The position numbers and the translations under genes are program-made. The notes under the pieces are model-generated. The model searched no databases and was not told where the DNA came from. It saw only the letters and a program-made list of their open reading frames with translations. Shown piece after piece: positions 26,171-37,467 of a DNA stretch of 64,000 nt (the stretch's first letter is position 1; each line of letters begins with the position of its first letter). Source of the DNA: Xylographa opegraphella (Eukaryota); contig JALDZX010000008.1 of assembly GCA_022813865.1 (NCBI GenBank), positions 124,001 to 188,000 of the forward strand, written 5' to 3'.

Positions 26171-29100
26171 ATGGCACGTACCAGCAGACGTGGTGCTCAG
26201 GCCACGGCCTCCTCGTCTCATAGAAGACCCAGAGATGCAACAGTACCTGACATTCCTGACGTATATCATGAGATGCTCGTAAATGCTGTTTCTTCGTCCC
26301 CAGGTGCTTTCGATGCCGACGGACGACCTCCAAAAAGACGTCGGGTTGCGGGTCGGCTGGTGGTTCGGCAAGATGGTCAGGACAAGTCAGCACCAAGACA
26401 AGAACCTGGCTTGGAAACTGCTGTCGATACCGGAGGCCATACTGATGCCACCCAGCGTTCGAAACTCCATCAGCAAGTAGCGTATGATGACTCTGAAGAT
26501 TCTGCAGAGAGTGACATGGATTGGGAAGAAGTCGGGTTGAGAGATAATGTTAAGCATGAGGATACGACTCCTGAACCGCGAGAGCTCAATCTTGTCTTGG
26601 GTGGGAACAAGGACTCTTCCCCCAAAAACACTGTCGAAAGGCGGAAACCCTTGAGTGCAGAGGAGCGGAGATTAAGACTTGAGATTCATAAAATGCATTT
26701 GCTGAGTTTGCTTGTCCATGTTCATTTGCGAAACCACTGGTGTAATGACCGTGATACCCAGGTATGTAGTCATCATCCGAACACTAAGGTAGATTTTGAA
26801 CTGAATGTCTCTAGAAACTATTGAGAAAACTTCTGCCGAAGAAGACACTCTCATATCTCGAGGACGATGAGAGCCAGTCCCAATTCCAGAGGTCCAGGTC
26901 TTTCATTGACGGTCTACAACAGGCCAGCGAGATCTTCCGGGCCAAATTCAAGATCACCGCCAGGGGAATGAGTAGGTCTTACTGGGCTGAAGATGCCGAA
27001 CATCTCGCAGAAGTAGGTGGAACTTGTTAATTTTCCATTGACCTTGAAATCGCCACGAATTGAACATTTAGCATTACCGGAAAATCAAGTACTTAATAGT
27101 CAGCTGACATGGTGTACACAGTCTGATATCCCAACCGACATCGACTTACCCATATCCAAGTCCGATTTCCGCGAAGCGGCAGCGGAAATGCAAGCTTCCC
27201 GTGACGTAGGCGCTCAGCTATTCTGTTCAATGCTTCGCTCTACCGGTATTGAAGCCAGGCTAGTATGTTCACTGCAGCCATTACCTTTCACCGCGACAAT
27301 CAAAGGGACAACTCCGGTCAAACCGAAGCCAGCCTTCACGGTATCCTACGTAGATACTCGCATAGGTATAAGTGACGAGGAGAGTGCCGCCGATGCTAGC
27401 AGTGACACCTCAATCCGAACAGCAGGATCTACAAGCACGAACGGTGCACTGAGTCGTATCAAGTCAAAACTAGGTACACGATTAGGACGATCCCAGCCGA
27501 TCAGTGCCAATGTCAAAATCGTCCCTTCACCACCACCAATAGCGAGTTAGTAAGCTCATCAACCCGGTTTGTGCTTGGTGCTAATATTGTCCAGAGCCTC
27601 GTCGAAAAGCCATTCGAGAATCCTCATACCCTGTGTATTGGGTCGAGGCCTTCAATGCCGCTTTACAGAAATGGATACCGGTCGATCCCCTCGTCACGAA
27701 GACAATTGCAAAACCTTCCAAGTTCGAACCGCCTGCTAGTGATATCGAGAATCACATGACCTATGTACTTGCTTTCGAAGAAGACGGATCTGCTCGTGAT
27801 GTCACCAGACGTTATGCAAAGGCCTACAACGCGAAGACTAGGAAATCCCGTGTTGAGATTACTAAGGGTGGCGAGAAATGGTGGCGGCGAGTGCTACGGA
27901 TCTATAAGAGAGGTTATATACTGGACAGTGATCAGGTCGAAGACGCGGAATTGACAGCAAAGGAAGCTGCAGAGGGTATGCCACGAAACGTGCAAGATTT
28001 CAAGGATCACCCATATTATGCGCTTGAGCGACATCTGAGACGCAACGAAGTAATACACCCAAAACGTGAGGTCGGTAAGGTCACAGCCGGCAAAACTAGT
28101 GCGAATAGTGGCAAGGCTCTGGAGTCAGTATATCGAAGGCGAGATGTGCACATGGTCAAGAGTGCCGACAGCTGGTATCGCCTTGGCAGGGAGATAAAAA
28201 CTGGCGAGCAGCCACTTAAGCGGGTGCAACCACGACGGAGGCGTGATGTGTCCGAAGATGAGCTTTCCGGAGATGAAGAAAATGCTGGAACAGGAATGTA
28301 TGCAGCTTTTCAGACAATTACCTACGAAGCGCCTCCGGTAGTAAGGGGAATTGTCCCTAAGAATGTATATGGCAACCTTGATATCTACGTACCAAGCATG
28401 GTGCCTCCAGGCGGCGTCCATATTGCTCATACTGATACTGCCCGTGCCGCGAGGGTCCTTGGAATCCATTACGCCGACGCAGTGACAGGCTTCGAGTTCA
28501 AAGGCCGCTTCGGCACTGCTGTGATCAAAGGAGCGGTGGTCGCCCAAGAATATCAAGAAGCCGTGGAGGCGGTGATAGGCGGATTTGAGTACGAGCGAGC
28601 GGAAGCCGAGGAAACCCGGCGTAGTCTTGAAGCGCTGAGGATGTGGCGACGGTTTTTGGCAGGATTAAGAATCAGGGAGAGGATTGATGGGTATGAGATT
28701 GAGGGTGAAAGGGACGCTGTTCAGCAAGAGATGCAGAAAATAGACGACGACATGGAAGAGGATGATGACGGTGGAGGTTTTCTGCCAGACAGAGATGATG
28801 AGGGTGGCGCTGAGCCTACGGCTGGGCGGGTATTCCAACCACTGCCCACATATGACTCCGAGGATGGTGGTGGATTTATGGATGAGGCTTCTGATGGAGA
28901 ATCTGATGGTGGTTTCGAAGACGGAGAAGACCATGCCGTAAGGGCAGTGGCAGAAACTGCCATCAGCAAGTTTGATCCTCCAGAGTACGCTGGTGGGGGC
29001 GGCTTTATCGAGGACAAAGAAATGGATGGTAACGACTCTGAAGATAAAGATGCTGAAGATGCTATGCGCGAGGTCGAACTATCGACTCGGGATGTTGAGG

Positions 29101-29597
29101 CTGTCTCCGAGGAACATCCACTAGGCATTACAAACGTCGATTCGGCAGAGGACGAAAAACCAATGAACGGTCACAATTCACCAGACCTCCACACAGAGCC
29201 CTCTCCCCATCCTGATTTCCCCCATGAGCTTAGTGAGCACGAGTTCGAAGAAGCCCGCCTGCTCCAGCAGATACACGAGTCCGAACATATGAGAGAACCA
29301 AGTCCTCAGAAGGATGCTACAGAGCAATTGAACGATGACGGCCCTCCCAGCTCGGCTCCGCCAACAGAAGGTGGCGCCACACCAATCGCACCCAAGCAAC
29401 CGCTTACCCAGCCTCCTCCCCAAGACACAGAGGAGGCGGGAATCTCAGTAGAGCCAGAGACAGACGGGGTTGAGTCGGGGGTGCTGGAAGAGACTGCAGT
29501 GTCGGACGCAGAGAGTGAGATCAGTAAAGGATCTTTGCTGTCTCATGATCCCTCTGACGAGGATGCGGAGCCGGAGTGGATAGCTCAGTTTGAATGA
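26171..29597 (+). CDS. RAD4: Nucleotide excision repair damage sensor Rad4/XPC, 4 exons
   Basis: HKMHLLSLLVHVHLRNHWCND, SRDVGAQLF...RLVCSLQPL, YWVEAFN...WIPVDP, ARDVTRRYA, DFKDHPYYALERHLRRNE, VPKNVYGNLD, YADAVTGFEF; acidic tail. Confidence 0.95.
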
Positions 29598-30244
29598 GAA
29601 TGAGTGGGAGGGGTGCTATTTGTGGTTTTTAGATAGGATGTGGTTACATTCACAACGAATTTCGAGCAATTTGGAGAATCCAGACTGTTTAGTGGGGGCG
29701 TGAAAAATGGATATATTCTATATGTATTAGCAAGGTTTCTAGAGCTCGTACAAGTAGTACAGGCTGGATTTCGAGGGAGCTAAACGCGGTATTCGCAACG
29801 AATGTTTCCATGCTGCCAGACGAACTTGTGGAAATACCAGAATCGGGCCGAGATGAGAGAAATGTAACAAGCTGTTAGTCAGGTAGCAGCTGGGGGATAC
29901 TTGGTAGGCGCAAGCAATATATGGTGGTGTGCGGAAGCTCTATGGGACGTGTAGACACAGAACAGCACGGCCAGGGCTAAGCAAAATCGCATAACAAAAG
30001 GAACACGAGACATGAAGATAGCCCTAGGAGTCTGTGCCGTACAGTTGGTAAGCATTTCCAGTTCTCAACTTTGATGGTCGTGTAAGCTCCGAATGCGGTC
30101 CAGAGCTGGTTGCCAAATGAACATACAAATTGGGTTTGCTTGGCAAAATGAAATCTCACTAAACGTGAAGTCGTGACGCGTCGAGCTTCAACAATGCCAT
30201 ACCCGTAAATTCCCGAAACGTCATTACCCGTGCTGCAACAGTCA

Positions 30245-32269
30245 ATGATGCCTCCCAAGGCGCGTAGGAGGCCAGTCGTAATGCGAGTCTACAAGACAAT
30301 TGACAGACCCAAGCAGACATACTTTACGCCTCGAAATCGTACAGTCCTGAACAGAAATCCGTCGCTCTCCGCCCCAACTACGCGGCAGCAAACCCTAACT
30401 CAAATCGACTTTGTCTCCCGTTTACCTGTGGAGGACGTGGATATGGACTTTGATTATGTGCCAGAAGAGACGCCTAGGGCGAAGAAGAAACGAAGAGTTT
30501 CCAAAGCGAGTGACGATCAGGATGAGGATGCTTCTTACGAAGAGCCTGTACCGAGGAAGAGGAAGAGAAGGAAGACCGCCCCGGTTACATTCGAGGGCAG
30601 CAACGACGTGCCTGATTTCACCGACCAAGCTTCTCCAGTACGCCCAAAGCGAAAGCCTGTATCCAAGTCCACGGTTGCACCGAAAGTGAAGATACCGCCA
30701 AGCAAGGAGAGTGCTAAGAAGACCGCAAAGAAGTCAACGAAGGGAGGGAAAAGCAAGCCTGAAGAGGTTATCAGGATATATGAGGAGTCACCGAACTCGC
30801 CACAAGCCCAATCGCGCCGATCGTCAGAAATCATGATGCCTCCTCCGCGGACGCCAAAAACCGCCATGAAAACCGAGATTCCATCTTCTCAATCTCCTGG
30901 CAACACGCCGCTGTCTATGCATAGCCGACGATCGGTGCGGGATATTTCGAGATCGCCTCTGAAGGAAAAGTCAAGTAATAGATGTATGACCAAGTCCTCA
31001 AAGGCTGACGGACGGAAAAGCGTACTGTGGACTCCGAGGTTGGAGGTCAAGGATACTTACGAAGGAGAGCCATTGAGTCCTGTCAAGAAGATATCCGCTC
31101 CACGAGTACCAAAGCTTGTGATTCAGGACACCTTTGACCCAGGTAGTGAGGGCAGCGAATTATCTACAATCACTCAATCGTCGAAAAGTGACACGATGAG
31201 TCAAAAGAGGCGGGTAACACTGGATTTGGACTTTCCCGCGTCTGATTTACAGTCGACGAGCCTCCCTTCGGATTCCGTTCAACTACGCCAAGTTTCGACT
31301 CGGAACACTTCCACCCCGACACTTGAGACCATTCAGTTAGACCTATCCATCAAAACAGAAATCCAAGATACCGATGACGAGCATCATGAGGGACATGGCG
31401 ACGAGGACGAATTTGACATCGGACTTGATACCCAAGCCGCTCTCGATGGCGCGCAGACTCTCCCACCAGATGAGTATCTGGAGCATGAGCGAGTACCGAA
31501 CATTGTTGAAGATTTCAACAACGCCATGAGGGCGGCTGCCAAAGGCGTTGGCGCAGCTCCTCTGCAGTCGGAGAGGAGCATCACAACAGAGCATCATCCC
31601 AAACCTGTCATCAATCCAACCACTCCCCACACGCCCCGATCGAAACATCCAGCAAACAACCAATTCCCACTCACCACCACTCAAGTACCACGCACCCCCC
31701 TTCGCCATCTCTCCGACTCCGACCAAGCCTCCGCCCAACTAACAGCCGACCTCCTTCGCCAGACTCAGCAACTTACGAACCCGCTCCTCAGCAAAGGCCC
31801 CCTCTCAAAAAGCACCCCCCGACCCAGCTCCACCCCTATCCTCATCGAAGACGACGACGACGACGCTCCCCCCCTCCCTCCTCCCCCCACCACCCACCCT
31901 ATCAAAACCACACCCACCCCCCCCACCCACCGCCCCCCCGTCCCCTTCTCCCAAGCCACCACCGTCGACATCACGCAGTCCTCGCCCCGACCCTCCTACA
32001 CCCAAGTCCCCAGCTCGCCCCAACCCACCGCCCTCCCACGCTCTCGGACATCCTTCCTCGACAAACCGCCCCGCGCTGCCATGCCAGCCGTGCCGGCGCT
32101 TATTTCCTCCTCGCCGCTGGGAAGCACGGCTGAGCGGAGCAGCCCGGTGCAGCTGCTGTGGGACGGCAGGCCGCTGACGGATAGCCAGTTGCTGCCGGAG
32201 AGTCTGATGCAGATGACGGTGCCGCGGCCGCCGCGGGGGCTGTCGCAGGAGAGTTTGGTGGAGGAGTGA
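30245..32269 (+). CDS. Hypothetical, largely disordered Ser/Pro/Thr-rich nuclear protein
   Basis: Uninterrupted ~674-codon ORF from ATG 30245. NLS-like KKKRR and RKRKRRK; short motifs QQTLTQIDFV, EIPSSQSP and LTDSQLLPESLM recalled from fungal hypothetical proteins. Confidence 0.8.
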   Translation: MMPPKARRRPVVMRVYKTIDRPKQTYFTPRNRTVLNRNPSLSAPTTRQQTLTQIDFVSRLPVEDVDMDFDYVPEETPRAKKKRRVSKASDDQDEDASYEEPVPRKRKRRKTAPVTFEGSNDVPDFTDQASPVRPKRKPVSKSTVAPKVKIPPSKESAKKTAKKSTKGGKSKPEEVIRIYEESPNSPQAQSRRSSEIMMPPPRTPKTAMKTEIPSSQSPGNTPLSMHSRRSVRDISRSPLKEKSSNRCMTKSSKADGRKSVLWTPRLEVKDTYEGEPLSPVKKISAPRVPKLVIQDTFDPGSEGSELSTITQSSKSDTMSQKRRVTLDLDFPASDLQSTSLPSDSVQLRQVSTRNTSTPTLETIQLDLSIKTEIQDTDDEHHEGHGDEDEFDIGLDTQAALDGAQTLPPDEYLEHERVPNIVEDFNNAMRAAAKGVGAAPLQSERSITTEHHPKPVINPTTPHTPRSKHPANNQFPLTTTQVPRTPLRHLSDSDQASAQLTADLLRQTQQLTNPLLSKGPLSKSTPRPSSTPILIEDDDDDAPPLPPPPTTHPIKTTPTPPTHRPPVPFSQATTVDITQSSPRPSYTQVPSSPQPTALPRSRTSFLDKPPRAAMPAVPALISSSPLGSTAERSSPVQLLWDGRPLTDSQLLPESLMQMTVPRPPRGLSQESLVEE

Positions 32270-32544
32270 GTGTGGTTTAGAGGGGTGGATGGGCTGGCAG
32301 GTAGGGTTTTGTTAGGGTTGGCTGAGGATTGAAGGGGGAGGAGATGATGGGTTTATTGGCTTGCAGAGGCCGATGGTCGAGTACCCACCTTAAGCGATCT
32401 GGTAGCTGGCTACTCTAACCAAGCGCGATCCATGCACACCGTACACAGCATTCTATAAGAAGAAGAATTGCGCCCTGTATTCGCCACTGCTCGAATCTCG
32501 CAATGCTGCATAGAAGCAAGATCCATAGAAGCAAGACCACACAT

Positions 32545-34470
32545 CTACACCCCACCCCCAAAAAGCCTCAACCCCTCCCCCTCCTCCCCATCCCCACCCC
32601 CATCCTCATCCCCATCCACCCCATCCCCCTCCCCCTCCCCCAACCCCCCCACGACCCTCCTGCCCAACAACCCCCCAAACAACTCCCCCACCCTCTCCTC
32701 CGTCCACCCCCCACCCTCCTGCCTCGCCATAAAGTTCTGCAACCGCTCCATAACCGTATAGCGCATCTTCCGGCCCTTACTAGCCTTGGTATCGACCTTC
32801 TTCCGCACCTTAGCCGCGCGAGTCAGCGCGCCGGCGTCGGCGAGCGCAAGGGCCCGGTCGTGGGAGCGGTGAGCGGCGAGACCGCCGCCGGTGGTGGAGG
32901 TGGCCATTTTGCGCTCGACGAGCTCGCGCAGGAGGAGGGCGTAGAAGTCGGCGTCGTCGAAGATGGAGGGGTCGGAGGCGGTGGTGGTGGTTGCGGCGGA
33001 TTGTGCTTGTAGCGGGGCGCAGGAGCGGGGGAGGCGCGTGCGGGTGAGGAGGCGGGGGAGGTTGGGGGCGGAGAGGTGCGTGTCGAGGACGGAGAGGAGG
33101 GGCTGTGTGCCCTGCGAGGGGGCGAGGCGCGAGCGTGGGGGTAGGGTTAACGGGAGGTTAGTCTTCGCGGCCCACTTGGCAAGGGTGGCGCGCTGGGGTG
33201 GGAGGGCGGCGGCAGAGAGGGCGGAGACGGTGCTGGCGAGGGCGGAGGTAGGCGTGGTGCGTGTGGCGGGTTGGGTGGACGGGAGCGAGGGGTGGAGAGA
33301 GTGCAGTAGGGAGGAGAGGCTGCTGAAGAAGGCGAGGGCGGCGGTTTCGGCGGCGTGGATGGTGGTGGTGGGTGGGGGCGTGGCCGGGGGAGGGATGGCG
33401 GAGAGGGAGTTCGTGGCGATGAGCGCTTTCTGCAGGTGGATTCGCGTGTTGAGGAGGGTGTCGAAGGTGGAGCGTTGGCGTTGCACGGCGCGGCCTTTGG
33501 CGACATCGGCTTTGGCCGCTCGCGTGATGGTCGCGAGCACGGTGGTCTGCTCTTCGGCCATCATTTGGCGGAGGGCTGCGCGGTCGGAGGGGAGGGGAGT
33601 ATTGGAGGGAGACGGGTCTCCGGTGCTAGAGGCATCGCTGTCGTTGTTGAGTTCGTCGTCGTCATCATCCGTGGTGCCACTGTCGTGGGACGTCGAGTCC
33701 GCGTCTGACTCTGGATCGTTGTTCCCATCAAGCCGATCATCTTGCGCGCTCGTGTTCTCCGCATGCATGGCGTCCAGTTCGGAGCCCACATCCTCGGCTT
33801 CATCCTCCTGTGTGTTCGTTCGGGCATCATCTGTCTTCCCAGATCCCGCAGTCTTATCCCTGGGCATTGCGCTCCCCCTGAATGTAAACCTCTTAAAAGC
33901 CTCCTCGTCTCCCTCCCCAAATGCCTTGTCACTATCAATGTCCTCGTCCTTGGCCTCTCCCCCGGTAGCCATATCCACATCCACCTCATCCGGGTCTACC
34001 ACGGCATCCTCATCTTGCCTTATATCTTCATCTTGGCTCATTCCCCCCTGCCGATTCACCCCGCTCCCAAACGGATCATCATCGCTCTCCTCTTCCACCA
34101 GTAGATCCTCACGGCCAATCCGCAACCCATCGTACCGCGGCCCGAGAGAAGGCTGTTGCGGCTGGCGCAATTTACTTACCCTACCACGCATTCAGCACAC
34201 AGGCCATCAGAACATGCGCTCAGTTATGGAATCACATACCCGACGTCCTCGTAATGCTCCCGCGCGTTCTCGTGTCCGACGTCTTCGGCGCTGGAGTCCG
34301 AGCCCCTTCTGTGTTCGAGCGGACCACCGAATTCTTCAGGATCGATGTCTGCGACTTTGTGTTAGAGTGGAGTCTTTGATCTGGAGGGGCGACTGCCGAC
34401 CTCTGCGGGCTGGGTCGTCGAGGTCTGCGATTTGTTCTGCTAGACTCTTGAATGGACGGGGGGTTGCCAT
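32545..34470 (-). CDS. BFR2: BFR2/AATF ribosome-biogenesis (SSU processome) factor, 3 exons
   Basis: MATPRPFKSLAEQIADLDDP, REHYEDVG|.SKLR, KGRAVQRQ..FDTLLNTRIHLQKAL, IFDDADFYALLLRELVE, VDTKASKGRKMRYTVMERLQNFMA (TRAUB domain). Confidence 0.93.
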
Positions 34471-35028
34471 TATTGTTGGACTGTGTGCGGAGCTACTATG
34501 GTAGGAATCAAATTTGATATTGTTCTTCGCTTGGCGGCAACCGTGCGTAAAATAGCCTTTTCTCCGATTCCATCGGCAGCGGGCAACTTTTTACGAGGCT
34601 TGGCACAATCAGGAGGACGCTGAGATGATGAGGAAAGTCTGGGGAAGAGTTGAGCCACAAGGTCATGAATAAGCGTAGAGCACACATGGATCACACGCTT
34701 TTGTACAAATTATCTAACTATGCTAAGATAGGCATACATCGAGTGGGAAAGAGCTGAGAAGCCATCCTTGTTTTCCATTAAACCCTCTTGCACCCGGACC
34801 TTGATCTCGCCGCTATCAATCCTTCTTGACACTGATCCCCAATATCTGCATACCAGGCATGTGTGCTATTCTCCCTCAAGCCAGAGAAAACACTCTTGTG
34901 CCCTTCGAAGCCCTAGAGATACACTCGGGCCAGGAACAGTCCCAAACGCCAGGTTCACTTATCATAAGTACCTGAGCAGCTCATCTACCGACTCGTGACG
35001 ATGAAGCTCATTTCGTCTTCGCCATGTA

Positions 35029-37094
35029 TCACTTGAACATCTTCAAAAAGTCTCTTTGCTCTTCGGGTGCTGGGCCGAGGATGGCATCAACATCCTTCTG
35101 GTCAATGACTGCACCCGATCCGGAGCACTTGGCCTTTGACTTCAATTGCGTACATAGATCGTCCATGTCGACCTCGCCAGACCGAATTTTCTCTGACCTC
35201 TGAACACGATCCCTGAAGATTCTGTTAGCATTTAATCAAGTGTAATTGTTTCACGCGGCTTCAGGGATGACCAGGCGACAATACTGACCATAGCATATTG
35301 CAGGTCAAGAATTGCTTCGGACCTTCACCAGGAACAACCTCATTCTCCTTTCCTGCCTGCTGATCTTCTATCTGTTGCATCAAGTCGCGCTTCCTTGGTA
35401 GCACTGGCTCGAGAGCATTGGTAGACGGGCTAGCAAAGTCAAGTGCTGGGAAAGCTTCGTCAAAGAAAGCACCAAAATCGGCATTCATGATGTTGTCTTG
35501 TGGATCCCTGTAATCGGCAAACAGCACAGGGTCGAAAGCTCCACCATTCTGAGCGGCCATCCAATCGATGCCCTGAAAGTTACTAGGAGGTTTGACCGTG
35601 GATGAAGCTGATGCGTCGTTAGATTCGGACATCATCAGAGGAACCGGATTCGCGGTTGTCCCGCAGGCCTTGGCAAACTCATTGCAGAAGCTTTTCTCAC
35701 CTTCGTCCTTGTTACTGGGAAGCCCACTTTGTATTGATGAGAACGCCGCTTCGCTAGCCTTGCGCTGCTCAGGAGACTCTGCAAAAGTCTCGGGCGTCGT
35801 CACGCATGAGGAACCAATACCATTATGCGACATCGAAGATGCCGATGGCGAAGCCCCGTTGGAACTAGTCGAGGCCCGAGTGCGTTCTGCATTATCTGAA
35901 TTTTGTCGTTGGTTCTTGGCGAAGCCCATGTAGTCCGTTGATGTGCTGCGATTGACAGCCTGAAGGATTGAAGGACTGAAAATATCGCTCAGAGCATCTA
36001 CACTACCACCGCTTAGACTGCCATTCTTTGGCTGGCTTGCGGTTCCACTTTGACCAGTATTTGATTTCGGACTCATGTTACTTGAGCTGTGTGTGAGATT
36101 TGGTGTAAGAGACAAATTCAATCCATTCGTATTTGTAGTACTTCTTCTAGCCGGATTCCCACTGAGAAATCCTGCATCTCCTTTATCCGCGGCATTACCG
36201 AACATGGGGAATTCAAAATGAAAGTTGTTGTTGATGTCCCAATTGGACTTGGAGGTCATCGACTGACCCATGATCTGAGGCGGTGATCGGTTTGCAGCAT
36301 TCGGATTCATCGCAAGGCGTTTTCGATACTCTTTCACCTCCGTTTGAAGACGATCAACTTGCGCACGCAGAAGACCATTTTCGTGATTCGTAGATTCGGA
36401 TGCTTTTTCAAGATCCTCGACTTTCGTCTCGAGTTCCTTCAGATGTCTCTCTTTCCTTTCTCGGAACGCCCTCTGAGCGGCTCGATTTTGTGCTTTGCGT
36501 TTCTTAACCGAAAATTAGCTGCAGTCTCTACACCGACAGAATGAGACTTACCGAGGTAGGTTCCGAAGTCAGTGGCTTCCTGCCTGGCTTCTTTGTAGAT
36601 TTGTCGTCGCCTTCGCGCCTCTTCCCACCACCATCAATGTCCTCGACATCATCATCAGATATTTTCCTTTTATCGTGAAGATCCGCTTCTTCGTCATCAT
36701 CAAATGAAGTTCCCGGTAGACTCCCGATCATCAGGTCACCGCCGATATCCCAATCGAAGTTCCCATCATCCAACTCATAATCGAGGAAAGGGCTTTCGTT
36801 GACACCAATGGCGCCAGACCCAGGCATGTTCTGGACAGGTGAAGCATAGACATCACTGTGATCGAGCGATTTCCGACCCGCTTGTTGAAATTGTAAGGGA
36901 TTGCTAGTTGAGCGAAGTCCACTGGGTCTCACGGCGTTGGTCGACATTGGAGGATCTGACCGTTTGTTGTTTGCTTGACCAGATTTGTTGGAATTTAGAG
37001 CAGTCAAAAGTAAGTCTTGTTCTTTGGGCGACAAGTACAGGTTTGCATCAAATGCCGACTCGTCGTGTAAGGCAGGCGTCATATCGAAGGCCAT
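35029..37094 (-). CDS. yap1: AP-1-like redox-sensing bZIP transcription factor (Yap1/NapA/Pap1), 3 exons
   Basis: KKPGRKPLTSEPTS|KRKAQNRAAQRAFRERKERH bZIP; FCNEFAKACG; QNGGAFDPVLFADYRDPQ; C-terminal Cys-rich domain TCNMLW|DR...LCTQLKSKAKCSG. Start at 37094 or 37082. Confidence 0.95.
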
Positions 37095-37460
37095 CAGGAT
37101 TTTGCCAATCAATTAGCAGGATAGGGTTGGTAATGGAAGTTCCAGATAGTGTCAATGGAGTTTTTGGTCCGAGGCTCGAGGTCTCTGTCGATGGTTGATC
37201 CGGGACACAGAATTGCTCGGGTTTGCGCAGATAAGGCTTCTCGTGCAACGGTGAAGAGATAGAAAAGCCTGAGGTGTGCAAGTAAGCAGAACCAGGCACG
37301 TTTCAGCCTGTGCCAGTCAGTCTCTATCTAGTGTCGAGCGAAGTCCGGCAAAGACCGGTAACCCCGCGATCCAAAGTGGTTGGAGTGGAGAGACGTCGAT
37401 GGTAGTGTGGGCTGATCGTCGGACGGTCCAATAAGGTCTTCACGTCACAATCGACGGAGA

Positions 37461-37467
37461 TGAGTCA
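37461..37467. promoter_or_regulatory. AP-1/Gcn4-type site TGAGTCA upstream of yap1
   Basis: Exact TGA(C/G)TCA match ~370 bp upstream of the ATG; a 7-mer can occur by chance. Confidence 0.3.

Noticed and set aside
32963..34504. 513-aa plus-strand ORF
   Set aside because: Antisense shadow of BFR2 in GC-rich skewed sequence; no recognisable domain.
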